Assembly: GCA_973895155.1 (NCBI GenBank)
Contig: OZ316893.1
Span: 19,162,857-19,226,856, forward strand
Length of the DNA stretch: 64,000 bases
Direction: 5' to 3'
From: Marsupella aquatica
Taxonomy: Eukaryota > Plantae > Marchantiophyta
Numbering within the stretch: the stretch's first letter is position 1; each line of letters begins with the position of its first letter. Position numbers and translations under genes: made by a program. Positions 13,848 through 27,143 of the stretch are shown in pieces. The notes below the pieces were generated by a model. The model was not told the origin of the DNA and searched no databases. It saw only the letters and a program-made list of their open reading frames with translations.

Positions 13848-14397
13848 GGCGGTCCCCACCCAAGCTGGTTGCTGAAGGCCGCTTACAAAGCCAGGTTCAA
13901 AGCGAAGATGGTGAATGGCACTGATACTTCATCCAGAACACGACCGTTCTCATTTTATCGGCAGCTCGGATCATTACAAGCAGGTCGACTGAGAATTTCG
14001 CATCGACTTTACGTCTTCCTCGTCTCTCTTTCTGTATGTATCTCTTGCTCGATCATTAGGCACTTGGGGAGGTGGGGCAGAAGATCTGACCTTGTAGGAC
14101 CTTGTAGGGTACTGGGGCAATTAAAGACAGGGCACTTAGAGAAAAACTTCTGCTTTTTTTGTGGTCTAACTCATTTATGTTGAGTTATCAGATTTTCCTA
14201 GACATAAGGAGGACCGTCAGATCTGACGATTAACCCCAACTTCCCTTGTTGTTGCTCTTGACGCTTACATGGCCGTCCCCAACCAGCCCAGCAGCTTGTT
14301 TGCTGCTAAGCGATCACAATCCCTACTGTAATTACCCCTCCCTCTAGAAGTAGCAGACCTTCCACACTACACTAGAGCTGCATTCCTCTGTTATAAA

Positions 14398-17300
14398 TAT
14401 TAGGTTTTACCATCCTTTGATGCTATGCTTGTGTCTAATGTACACCACACTAATTAGACTTGTCATTATGCTAACTGGAAATATGTGTGCTAGATTTAGG
14501 GCTTATGTACATTTACGGGTAGGACTAGCTTATCCCCAGTTTCTCTGCAGGGATTTTCACTCTGGCTGTAGATTATTAAAGTGCCGGACTCTGTGTACTT
14601 TTGCATCATTCAGTAAAGAGTATACAATATTTTCATGGTATCAGAGCTAAGGCTCTATTGGGCACTGATCCCTGGTGAGAATGTCCAAGCACTCTATCCA
14701 CCATTATGTGAAGATGAGAATGTCCAAGCACTCTATCCACCATTATGTGAAGATGAGCAATGTAGGTAGCACCTCACAGTCTGCACAGTGTAGTAGCTCA
14801 CAGAGCAGCCGCTCACAAAATGTGAACCTTGACCTTGATGCACTCAAGGGCTAAACTATTCTGAAAAGGAGAAATTAGATACTTTATTAGCTGGTCCTTC
14901 AAGGTTGAAATGGCTCTTTTGGAAGGGCAAGGTCTGGTGGAGCTCATAAGCCCACATACATCAAAACGAGTGCAGCTGACTCCACAGCAATGCGAGGAGA
15001 AATTGAAAGGGCTATCTACATCTTCTCGATGAAGATAAAGGATCATATCATTCCCGTATCAATGATCCTGCCAAGATTTGGGTGCAACTAAAGAGCCATT
15101 TGAATCAAATGTTCTAGGCAAACAATTTGTACTGAGAGAAAAACTGTCTCTTGTGCATGTATCCGAGGAGGGGAGAATTTGTTCGCAAGCTAGACTACCT
15201 AGTAGCTAGCTGACATTGAATTTGAAGATAAGGAGCTCATTTGCATTGCCCTCAAAAGCCTGCCAGACAGCTGGAGACCATTCATATCTTCATTTAGAAC
15301 CATCCTGTATAAGTTTCCCAAACTCACCTTTTCTTTTCTCATTGGCTGTCTGGAAGCTGAAGACCTTATCAACTTTCAATGTCTACACAAAATGACTTCA
15401 AAGAATTTGATAAATGGAGTTCCTCATCTTCCTCTAGAGAGACACATTACTGGTATGTGTGTGCTAGCCAAGCAACATCATGAGCAAATCTCAAAGAAGT
15501 CTCACACCAGATAAACAAGATACCTCAGACTTATAAGTTGCTGGTGCAACTTACTTACTCACCTTCACTAATTACTACTCTCGCTTTAAGTACTCTCTTC
15601 ATTGCTGCAAAGAGTGAAACATTTTCCAAGATCAAGGAATTCAGAAATTCTGTTGAACATAAATTCACTAGGAAGATTATATGTATTAGATCCAACAATG
15701 GAGGAGAGTATCTATCTACTGAATTTAATCAGTATTGTAATTGGAAGGGTATTCAACCACAACTACTAGGACTCCACAATAAAATGGAGTCACCAAGAGG
15801 AAGAATCAAACACTTCTTTGAAGCACCTAGAAGTCTTCATATTTCTGGCAACTGGGCTGGCAACATTCCTGAATTCTCCACACCCTTTCAGCACATCTAT
15901 GGTAATAAACCTTATGTGTTCAATCTCAGGAATATAGGTTGCCTAGCATACGTCCATGTTTCTGGTGAACTTTGACATAAATTGTTTGTCAGATCTGTTT
16001 GTACCTGTACCAACGACAAAACCAAAACCTACCAATACTTTGATCCTCTCAGAAAGAATTTTTATATTAGTAGTGATGTAGTAGTCTTTAATGAGCAAGT
16101 CAAATTTGATTTCCAGGTCCCTCAGCTCTTTTGATTCAATTATTTCTCCATACATTCCATTGTGAGTCAACCAGCCAAACCAATCTTTTTTACCTGCGTC
16201 TATCCCTGATCCACAAGAATCACAAACTCTTGAGAGCTCTTCTAGATCTACCTCAAGTCAAGGTGACCAATTGTTGGACCCTATTGACAACCCTTTGAAA
16301 CTGGCAGATCACAGCGCCAGCAATAGCCAATTAGTACCCTATTCTCAGGACACTACATCCTTTGCTCACAAACCAATCTCATTATCTCCACCAGTCTGGA
16401 GTCCATCCCATAGTAGAGAACTTCCTGTCTGCTTAAATGGGCGCTTAAACCACTACTACGGGTATGAAAGCCACTTTTGTACAGTGTATGGTATTATAGT
16501 AGTTCAGGTTTACACGACAGGGAAGAGAATGGGCATCGGGCCCCCCATAACCAAATTTATTTTTATTTTAATAATTTATTTTTATTTTAATAATTTATTT
16601 TTGTTTTTGAAATGGAAAAAATGCAGTCGTAGATCTCATTAAGATCTTCCATTTGAGCCCTAGATTGCCTTCTAAAATGGACTGCTGAGATGGCAAAATT
16701 CATAGCCAAGATAGAAGGAATTCAAATTTGAATGGGCATTTTGAGGGAGGAATATTTCAGAATGAGCGGTCTACGTTACGCGGAGCCTCTTCTACAAGGA
16801 GTTGTGGTTCAAGAGAGGACTATGTGCTATCTTATTGATCAAGCGGAATGCTGCTATGGCTGAACTCATCCGGATCGTTCTTTAAAAATTCATTGATCCA
16901 GATGAATTCATTGATCCGGATAGTTCTTTAAAAATGAGACGTAGGATCTAGCTAGTGCCACTTCCTCAAGGAAAAAAGGCCATCTTGGCTAACTGGGTCT
17001 ACAAACTAGGCCTAATTTTAATCCCACTTGTGTGCAACTCAATGCTTGACTCATAGCCCATGGATTTGAACAAGGCTACAACGTCAACTTCAAAGACTAA
17101 TCTGCTCTTGTGATTAAGTGGGCAACCCTCGCAACCCTCTAACTCGTCATTGCGCTTGCTGCAACTCTTGATTGGCAACTACATCACATTGACATCATCA
17201 CAACATTCCTGAATGGTAAACTAAAAGAGCTGATCTGGCCAGCTTGCCATCTGCCTCTATTTAGGACAAGTGACATCTCTATAAATCTCTAGGCAGTATT

Positions 17301-18242
17301 CACACTGATATATCTCTTTTCCAGAGTCATCTTATCCTACATGCCCAAACTGGTGCCCCTGGAGTGCATGCTCTTATGCCTTTCTCAACCTGTTCTGAAA
17401 ATATTGCTCCACGCCCACATATTGCTCCACGTCCATCATAATCTTAAAAGACTTATAAATGTACCTGACCACTATAGCCTTGTACTTGAGTTTTACAATC
17501 TTCCCATGACTCACAAATGCTAGGGATGAATCTCCTGATCATGGCATAGTATTTTTTATGGGTGGTTGGATCATTGAAGTATCATGATGTTGGCACCAAT
17601 AGCTGGCTGAGTCCCTTCTCATGCTATATTGCTCTAGAAGGGGAATTTGACCCCCTTCTCTTCACTGGCGGATTGCCTCTCTCTAGCAGCAAATGCCCAT
17701 TGCACTACTCTCTACCAAGGGCTGCCCCTTCAATTATCCACTCAATATATGCAAGCGGGTATGCAAGTGGGCCAAAGATTGTTGTTACTTACCACTATTG
17801 GCTCCCAACTCCACTCCTTCTCAAAAGGAGGATTTATATATCTATTTAAACCATGAAGACAACAGATCATGGAGGCAGCTTGTAAGCTTGCTTGCCACCA
17901 CCAATATTGACATTGCGAGCAACATAAACATCTTGATCCAATAGTTGCATCACATCCATCTTCTTTTCCTTCTTTCTCTGTTTCACAACTTTGGATGAGA
18001 AGGGGTATCAGGTTTTAGCATCCATATTTGTGATGCTTGCGTCTAATATCCACCACAAGAACTAGTCTTGTCGTTATGCTGACTGTAAATATGTACGTTA
18101 GATTTAGGGTTTATGTAAAGTTACGGTTAGGATTAGGCTTATCCCCGGTTTCTCCGCATGGATTTCACTCTGGCTTTAGATTATTTAGGTGCCAGACTCT
18201 GTGAACTTTTGCATCATTCAGTAAAGACATAAAATATTTTCA
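14398..18242 (+). mobile_element. Degenerate Ty1/copia LTR retrotransposon; LTRs 14398-14635 and 18006-18242
   Basis: Two diverged ~238-bp LTRs; tRNA-iMet PBS TGGTATCAGAGC at 14636-14647; PPT gatgagaagggg before the 3' LTR; near-TSD ATAAA/ATAAG; remnants of gag (LKSLPDSWRPFI), integrase (IRSNNGGEY, GCLAYVHV) and RT (LVPLPQGKKAI..WVYK, ~16950-17230) in copia order. Confidence 0.88.
14676..14758. repeat. 41-bp tandem duplication inside the copia leader
   Basis: gagaatgtccaagcactctatccaccattatgtgaagatga twice. Confidence 0.85.
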
Positions 18243-21200
18243 ATAAGTATTACACAGAGAAGACCAAAAACCCAAAAACATTATTTTGTTATAACCCAAA
18301 GGTTAGGTCAACATCCAACCCTAGTTAGGGGATTACTATAACTATTACTACATGTATACCTAAGGAGGTATTAGTAAATCCCCCATGAATGGATGAACCT
18401 TGATTGTTGGTGTAATTGACATTTTCTCTCCTAAGAATTATCTGGCTCTCAACACGTAGCTCTCCACGAGCAACTTTCTTTCAGAAAAAGGTCACACTTA
18501 CATTAAATGTTCATAGATTTGACACATTTATTTCTCGATGAGGTAGAAGGAGAATTGACTTAGATTGAAGTCCAATTAGAACTTGAAACGGGGAATAGGA
18601 AGATGTTGGCTCAGGAAGTAAGTGGGAACAATTTGTTTTTCAAAAACCATCCACAAATCAACTAAGGGGCGATAAAGAATGAGCAGATGTGATAGGGAAT
18701 TATAGGGATTTCAGGCGATTCATTTTGGAGCTACAACAAACCCGACAACAAATGCAAATCCCAAACGACTCCATCACTAGAAGTTGAGCCTTACAGCAGT
18801 TTGAGAGCAAAAGAAGGAAGAAGGATAAGGACTAGAGAAGATTTCAATGGCAAGGAATCAAAATCAAAAGCAACCATTGAAATCTACATAAACGAGAGAA
18901 ACAAAAGCATAGCAATCAAGACACAAGAAATGTTTTTGAGAAAGAAAAACAAGAGAAAACAAGATTGAGTGAGAAGTGCTCTTTCTTATCTTTGCCCATG
19001 ACAATCTCATCCCCAAATTCGAGTGACAATTTGCCTCAGCCCTAATAAACTCATTATTCTACCACATCTGCAAGGCAAACTAGATTTCAGTAATGGACTG
19101 ACTGGCAGGAGCCAGCAAACCGATGAGATCCAATTCCATTTGTGGCTTGCCTTGCTGACGATCTATTCAAGTTCATCTCTCAGAACACCATCATTCAATT
19201 CCTAAAGTAGGCTGAATTTGGTGGGACATGTGAGAATTGTCATAGGACTTGTAGCATCAAGAGAGAGAAATTTCAGACAATGAGACTTACCGACCAGACT
19301 ATCGTCTAACCTTACTACAACACTATCATAAATTCAACAGAAAGGAGATACGATTCGACAGAATAACGATTCAAAGACAATTACAAGTCAATCTCCTAGA
19401 AAAGTATTGCCCTTGGAGATTAGCTACACACACAGAGACGATATCCTGGCGGCTCCATTCACCTGAAGATTGAAGCCCATCAGGGAATAGAGGATTGCAA
19501 CCCCAAGAGTATCATTCTGAATGAGCATTGGAAGGAACCGGTAGTATGTGAAGGATTGACCTGAATTGAAAGGATCCCTCAAAAGACAAACATGGAGCAA
19601 AAAAGCAAAGAGAAGTTGTGAGAGAATTCAATAGGACTTTCCTCCAGGGAGCACCTTTGGAAGAACGTAAGGAAGAAGGAAAAGCATTCGAGTGGAGACT
19701 ATAATGCAGGAGACTCAAATTAGAGAATCCACAAAAAGAAACCTTGTGGATCGGTGAGATGACAAAGGATTGAAGGATACATAGTGGCGCACTAAGACTT
19801 GGGAGAGAAAGCTGAAACTGTCAGAAATCCTTTCAACAATACTCCGTTGTTACAACAGAGGTCGTAGAAGGCAAGCCAGGGACAAGAGGGAAACGAGAGC
19901 ACGGAAGAAATGCGTGCAGCAGAGTCAAATCCCACAACATAGACAGCAAAAACAACATTCAACATTGTTGTCAGTTTCCCTCGAGAAAATCACAAAGAAA
20001 AGTCATTTCCCATCACTGCAACATAGGATAAACAGTTTTGCCAATACAAAAAGAAAATTGCACTTGCACAATTAAGCCCTTAATTGGGTCATCAAAATGA
20101 ATTAATGGGTGGTAATTAGCCACTAATCAACGGGAAAACAAAAGTCTACCCCACTACCCTATAAATCAAAATGTAACGTCTCATAAATTTGAGCTTGGAA
20201 ACTTTATTTCAGAGTTCAATGAGTTGAAATAGAAAAAGGGTAAACAAAAATGGCCTGAAATGAACAAGATCAGTTTAAATTTTTGTTCATCAATGATGAG
20301 AAACAAATGGATGCTAAGACACAAATAGTTGGTTTCCACATATACCATACATCAAGAAGTAAAATGTGGACCAATACATGATTGAAATATAAGTTGCTTG
20401 AATGGTATAAATTACATACTTATTAAAAAGCGCAAATGTTTGAAACAAAATATGAAAGATGTATACTTAGAGGGAACAAACATGACATGGAATGATCATC
20501 TGTTTGCTTCATTGGCATAATTTATTACAATGAAAACTCCATAGACCTCAATCCGAGGGGGAGAAAATAATGTATTGCCCCAATCATATAGACCTTAAGG
20601 CATTCAAATACAAACTTGCAATATTAATTACTAATACAAGGTATAGGTAGAGGTTCACCCCTATATCTAGTGGGGATAGTTGTTAAGCTTACTATGGAGG
20701 ATATATGGGCCAATCTCATATAAGATCTATATATATATATAAGATATTTAGACATGACTTAAATTTTGGAATTCCAAGAATAACGTGACACCTAATCATG
20801 GGTGAAGAATGCACATACAAATGAGAATTTGAGATTTGAGGGGGAGAGAAGTACACCCTCCTCATATGCATCCATTGGATTATTTGAGCTCCATTTTGCA
20901 AATGATATCAAATGAGGAAGTGCCTTTAGCACATACTATGAAATGAAGTGCACAAGTGCTCTGAGCACATGAAATACCGATGATAACCAATCATGAAAAG
21001 TACATTGTAAAAAAAAATAAGATAAGTGTCCGAGAGAAGAGAAATTATCCTTGAGATTTGAAAAGCCTTTGAAGGAAGCGTGTGAAAATCCCTAACACCA
21101 CCATGGCTTTGTCACTACTACTTATGAACATGACATGTATATATGTTGGCCAACAATTTATATCACATGGGAAAAATGATTTCCACATATATGGATCCAA

Positions 21201-22159
21201 AAGGAAACTGAAGGCAACAAAATACCACCAAAAATGATGGAAAACTACTGTATGCATGTTGATTGAAGAAAACGCACATATGATTATAAATACCATGAAG
21301 GAAAGCATTAGATCTAATGAACAACCCACATGAAGACTCCCACATGAAGGAAGAATGTGGAACCAATCAGAAATGAAAACCCAAGATTCAAGTTTCTTCA
21401 CGCTTCAAGCCTCAAACTTCCCCCAGATTAAGAGTTCATATGTGACTTACTTCCAAAATAGGGGACCAATATATTTAAGACCAAATTTTAGATCTATATT
21501 TCCACCCCTCTTGAGACATATCCAAAAATAATCCGTGGACCCCCATGTTCATCCAAGGAATGTGTGTGTGATGAAGTGAAATCAATTTTCAGCAAGGCGA
21601 TAACCAACGGTTTTGAGTCTCCTGATGGTATTGGTGTGTTCTCATACAAAAGAAAACGCTCAAAAGATAGAGAAGACTTATCAAACAGAAGCTTGAATGT
21701 GGAGGAATTGAGTTTTTTGACAATTTTTGCTTACTTATTGGAGAAATAATGTTTCTATCATTCTTGATTGATCGTTTGTGAGTTGCATTGAACTTTACCG
21801 CCACAAGATGGACTGGAGGACAACAGTGCTCACCTGTTGGCAAAAGAGTACTTGTCAATTCGGTGGGAAGAACACACAAAACGAATGAGCCATCACTTCA
21901 CACAAAGGATTTGTAGGTTTTTTATTTAAGAAAGCTATGGTGTGAGGGGGAGACCAACAATTGTTTCTTTGACATAGAGGTTGCATTTGGCGTCAACTTG
22001 TGTTGAGAGTGAGCTTCAGTTGAAGACTAGAGGGATGCAAACAATTCAAGCTGGGAAGCAAGCATTGTGGACAAGCGATGGCGATGTAATCAAAGAAATC
22101 AATTTGTAACGGCTAAGTTTGTGACGGTGACGAGATTGTGATATCTCTTAATCGAGAAA

Positions 22160-22610
22160 GGATTTCCAATGAGCCTCAGATTGATGAATTTTTTGCCTTT
22201 CCAATGACTGTGAGTATAAGAAATTTGCTCATGAGTTCATGAATTCTTTTAGCTTTCCAACATTGAGTCCGATATTGACAAATTTCATGTCAGATTTTGT
22301 CACAGTACTAAAGAGATCATAAGGTTTTCAATCTCTTTAGTTTTCTAATGTGTGATATTGAGATTATTTGTCAAGAATTAGAGAGATCATGAGTATCTGA
22401 ATTTCTCTAGCTTTCCAATGAACCTAACATTGATAGAGTTTTTAAAGTAGTAAGGAGATGATGAGTTTTTAATTTTACTCTAGCTTTCCAATGAGTGTGA
22501 CATTGTGAGATTTTATCAAGACAATGCTAAAGAGGTCACAAGTTTCCAAATCTTGATCTTGAGTTTTCCAATGAATCAAACATTGACAGATTTTATCAAG
22601 TACTAAGGAG
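22160..22610. repeat. Degenerate ~60-bp tandem array built on (agc)tttccaatga
   Basis: Motif tttccaa(t/c) recurs about every 55-65 bp with a conserved downstream cattga..attt context. Confidence 0.55.
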
Positions 22611-23129
22611 ATTGATTGTTAAATTTTACAATGTGAAGCCAAAGAGGTTTTAACTATGTACATTTCTATCGATTGGTTTTTTCAAACTTGCAAACAATGG
22701 AAAAATACAAGCATTTCGATATAAAATACTGATATATCTTTGACAAACATCAGAATGGTAATTTTTATTTTATTAAATGACATTTCTTTCTTTGTATTTT
22801 GGTTTTTTTTACATTTAATATTTATGGCATGGCGCCCCAAAAATTACGTTGCTTTTGCCACAAACAGGAATTGCACGTTTGTTACCATTAAAGTAGGATC
22901 ATTCCTGTTTGTGGCTGGTTGTGGTGATGTGGCGCAACCTCGTGGCACAGAATTTGCAAGAGACCTCTCATGGGGGTCCATAATGACTATAAATGTAACA
23001 TGGTGGTTACACTCTTTCCCTTAGAAGAAAGCAGGAGAGTTTTAATGAGACCACACCAATGGATACCATGTACTACATTGATCTATCATTTACGATTAGA
23101 TGTTAACCCTAGTGTGGTTGCATTATCTA

Positions 23130-23426
23130 CTCGGGGGTTTCACTTCCACAAAAATGGCATATCACGTGCGACGAAGGATAGGGTCATTTTATTGGTTCTA
23201 AGGGAAGACTTAAGAATTTTTGTAGAAGAACAATAGGGTCTTTTAAATTCAATTTTGAGACTTATAAGAACATTAGGGCCTTTTTAATCCAAGTTTTAGA
23301 ATATTCCAAGAATATTCCAACTTTATAGGGGTTAAAAAATAAATTTTTTTTCTTACATTTTAGGGGGTCCGAGCCCTAAAAACGTCGCAGGCGATGGGGA
23401 GGTCCCCATATAGTGAGACCCCCGAG
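23130..23426. mobile_element. ~297-bp MITE, copy 1
   Basis: 15-bp TIR CTCGGGGGT(T/C)TCACT; perfect 8-bp TSD ATTATCTA. Confidence 0.9.
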
Positions 23427-23495
23427 ATTATCTATGATAAAATAACCAAGGGGGAGTGTTATAACCCATAGGTTAGGTCAACATCCAACCCTAGT

Positions 23496-23791
23496 CTCGG
23501 GGGTCTCACTATATGGATGCCTCTCCATCACCTGCGACGTTTTTAGGCCTCGAACCCCCTAAAATGTAAGAAAAAATTAAAATTTTTGACCCCTATAAAG
23601 TCAGAATATTCTCAAAATTTTCTGAAATTTTAGTTATAAGGACCCTAATGTTCTTATAAGTCCCAAAATTGGATTTAAAAGACTCTATTGTTCTTCTCAG
23701 AACATTCTTAAGTGTTCCCTTTGAACCAATAAAATGACCCTATACTTTGTTGCACGTGATATGCCATTTTTGTGGAAGTGAAACCCCCGAG
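23496..23791. mobile_element. ~296-bp MITE, copy 2 (same family, inverted orientation, inserted in the 3' LTR)
   Basis: Same TIR; perfect 8-bp TSD ACCCTAGT; reverse complement of copy 1. Confidence 0.9.
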
Positions 23792-25857
23792 ACCCTAGTT
23801 AGGGGATTAAGGTATTTACTATAACTATTACTAAATGTATACCTAAGGAGGTATTAGTAAATCCCCTATGAATGGATGAACCTTGATTGTTGGTGTACTT
23901 GACATTTTCTCTCCTAAGAATTATCTTCACCTCTCAACATATTTATATTTATACCTTGTAACTTGTAACTTGTCTTGAAAACCAAGACCTTTTGCAGTGA
24001 AGTTGGACAGAATCTATTGTAACTACACTCTTTGTTGCATTTTTTTTTTGCTGAATGTAATCTCAAAGTCTCATCCATTAGTACTTTATTACACCAGGCC
24101 CATGAAAAAAGTGTTTGATCACAATAGTCTGAACTCAGTCATATTATATCAAATGTACTTGGGCATTTTTGCCTCTTTGGTCATCTTGAGGTTTTTCTAT
24201 TTTCCCCCTTTTTATTGGGTTTTTGTCTTTGGGATCGTGTCTCCCGGTTTGGTGCTTTTGTTCTTTGGCAATTTGATATATAAATGTATTTCTTGAACAA
24301 CACAAGTGAAGTGGTACTATATTTGTGAAAGAGGAGAGTGGAGAGGGGCAGGCCCTGGGAAAGGGCTTAGGCCTTTCAAGGGTGAGGGAAAGGAAAGAAA
24401 AGAAAAATGCAAATTAGGGGCAATTGAGAGGGGAGAGAGAGGACACGAGATATAAAGGATTGGTTCTTTTTATTTTTATTTTTCCATTCTCCCCACATTC
24501 CCCAACAAAGTTCTTGCCCCCTATTCCCTTTGTCATTGTCACCACCATCCTCTCTGCAGCAAAAAGCCACCAAGGAAAACTCCACTCCCCAGCCTCCCTC
24601 CCAATTCCCTTGAGCCCTGGCTCCCTCCAATACATTAGTCCCACATGCACCCACCCAAATACCTCTTTTTGCCATGACTTGTGGCTCATGGAGGATTAGG
24701 TAGAGAGCATCCAAGGTAGATCTTAGGGAAGCTTTGAAAAGGAATGACTCTGGACAACAAAAAATTAGTAACATTGCAAGTCATTTCTTCAGTAAAACCT
24801 TCCAAGTTTGGCAAAAACAAAACTAAGGTCTGCAGAATTTCTAGCTGGTGCTCAACAGGGCGCTCAAGTGGATGGGCTGAGAGCTTACTTGCCCATAGAG
24901 CATGTAGGAACACATTCTAGAAACCTCCTAGGGGAAACCAACCTCAGATAAGAAATGAATAATCTGGAAATCAGGGGGAGGGAAGTTTTTGAAAAAACCC
25001 ATAGTGGACTGTAATTTTTGGCAAAATAGAATCTGAGGCTGCACCTGTGTGAGCACCCGTTTCCTCAACTGATCAAACTGGCTGAAATTCTACCAGTTCA
25101 TAAAGTAGGTAGTAAAGCATCTTCTGGAAAAATTTAAGCTATCTTTTGAAAAAAACAAGAATAAAACAGAATGTACATGACTGAATATACAATTGGGATA
25201 TATGTGGGCTCAACATGGTTTTGCATTGGATACACAATATTTAGATCAAACCAAATGATATCCCCTTGTTGGGGCCTGTTTTTTATGCACAATAATTAAA
25301 CTCAACTTTAGTTGAGCCAATCAGGGGGTCTCACAGTTGGCTTTGGCAATCCTCACAGTTGCCTAAGTCAGGTTCAGCAATAGCCTTGATTTTTTTAGAA
25401 AAAGTCTTAACAAGGCACCCTGTTAAGCTTCAGTATTTTGGGGAAGACCCCAAACATCTACACACGCACACCAATGTTATTTACATGAAAGTGAGAGTTG
25501 GACCCCAAGAACGCTGAAGATGGAAAGGAGATGTGGTCCAAGAAAAGCCATCAACCATGGTATCCATGTCACAATGTGCAAGGCCCACTTGATACCACCT
25601 ACAGTAGGCATGGTTCCCTCTGCAACTAATTGTGCTATTGAAGTATAGGATAATGGTAGTCTGGTTTGAGGTTACAAGCATGTAACCAAGTGACCAAAAG
25701 CGAGGAAAATTTGCCCAGCAGCAGTTGGGAAACTTTTCAGAGCTTTCTTGGAGCAAAGTTTAGTCTAGAACCCTTGCCCAGACCTCCACTATAGTTTGTA
25801 ATTACTATCCGCTGGTGTTGTATGCCCTGATTCTGCTCCCCTCCTTCATCATCTGTT

Positions 25858-26430
25858 GAACCCCATCCTCTCACCTTTGCCTGCTTTCTGGCTTTTCTTG
25901 CTCTTCTCTTCCTCCCTTGTTGTCTGTCCTGATTATGCTTTTGGGATGTTTGTGTTGCCTTGCACTCTCACCTTCCCTGCTATTTTGTTCCTCTCCTGAC
26001 CCCCATTCTCTCACCTTCCCTGCTCTGTTGTTCCTCTCCTGACCCCATTCTCTCACCTTCCTTGCTCTACTAGGGCATCTCAAACCTTGGCATTGCGGGA
26101 AAAAAATGACGCCCGGAACTATCAGTTTTGGTCACGGTTCAGCAGTGTGTGGACATGAATTTTTTTTGTCCGCCACTTTTTTCCCGGGAATCTGTTGCTG
26201 ACCACAACCGGAGGCAGCAATGCAACGTTTGAGACGCCCTATTGTTACTCTTTTGACCCCCATTCTCTCACCTGCCCTGCTCTATTGTTTCTCTCTAGAC
26301 CCCCATTCTCTCACCTCTCTGCTCTATTGTTCCTCTCTTGACCCCCATTCTCTCACCCTTTCCCTGCTCTTTTGCTCCTCTATATTGTTCCTCTCTTGAC
26401 CCCATTCTCTCACCTTTTCCTTGCTCTTTT
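25858..26430. repeat. CT-rich ~43-bp minisatellite (tgacccccattctctcaccttccctgctctattgttcctctc), interrupted by a MITE
   Basis: Unit repeated several times on both sides of 26071-26241. Confidence 0.8.
26071..26241. mobile_element. ~170-bp MITE, Tourist/Harbinger-like termini
   Basis: TIR (TA)GGGC(A/G)TCTCAAAC at both ends; splits the host repeat gctcta|ttgtt. Confidence 0.7.
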
Positions 26431-26811
26431 GCTACGGACCCCACTAGAGGCCCCTTCCAAAATTCGAGACTCCACAGCTCACCACTTCATCATGACACAC
26501 TGCAAACAGGTACAAATTGGTTTACAACATACAATTACTTCACATTCGTGTTTGCGGCAGGATTTTGGTAAATTGAGGACGCCATGCCGTAAACCTTGAT
26601 GTAAAAATGTTTCAAAAATAACCATTTTATTTACCTTGAGTAACTGACTGTTCAATTAGTAGTGGGCACACCCTCCATTTTATTTACCTCGAGTAACCAG
26701 TTGCCCACCCTTTTTTGTGAATTGTGGTTCAATTCTGTAATTAAATCTTGTTGCCCGAGTAACCGACTGCCCACCCTCATTCTGAATTGTGGTTCAATAT
26801 ATTGAGTAATT

Positions 26812-27143
26812 TGTCACACCATTCTAGGTAGTGTTAGAGTGTATCGTACTATCTCTAGATCCGTATGTTTGGTATGTGTGCTATATGAGCCGATAAGGTT
26901 CCGTCAGGTTTGTGTGAGAGGGTACTTCTCACTTGTGAGGCATTGAAAGGTCATCTTTCAATGTTGAGCCTTGGAGAGAGAGGAGCTTGAGTGGCTATGG
27001 TGGCTGTGAGCTCCGCTTGTGTAACGTGGATTCCTTGAGTAGTGCAAGGTGTGTTGGCTTGACATACGTGTGTGATCGGATCGGTGCGGGATCGATGGGG
27101 TATTGTTGACCGGGATCATTGCGCCGATTGTATGGAGATTACA
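26812..27143 (+). repeat. Terminal repeat A1 (332 bp, TGTCAC...GATTACA)
   Basis: Matches 35816-36143 with ~10 substitutions and one 2-bp indel (counted by eye). Confidence 0.93.

Larger units (their letters stand above)
18287..23939 (+). mobile_element. Short-LTR, apparently non-coding/decayed LTR retrotransposon (copia, Bianca-like by inference); LTRs 18287-18454 and 23457-23939, the latter interrupted by a MITE
   Basis: LTRs TGTTATAACCC...CTCTCAACA; perfect 5-bp TSD TATTT (18282-18286 / 23940-23944); PPT ccaagggggag at 23446-23456; no intact ORF. Confidence 0.82.

Noticed and set aside
16451-16957. Possible CACTA element nested in the copia (CACTAC... / ...TAGTG)
   Set aside because: The terminal match does not extend beyond 5 bp and there is no 3-bp TSD
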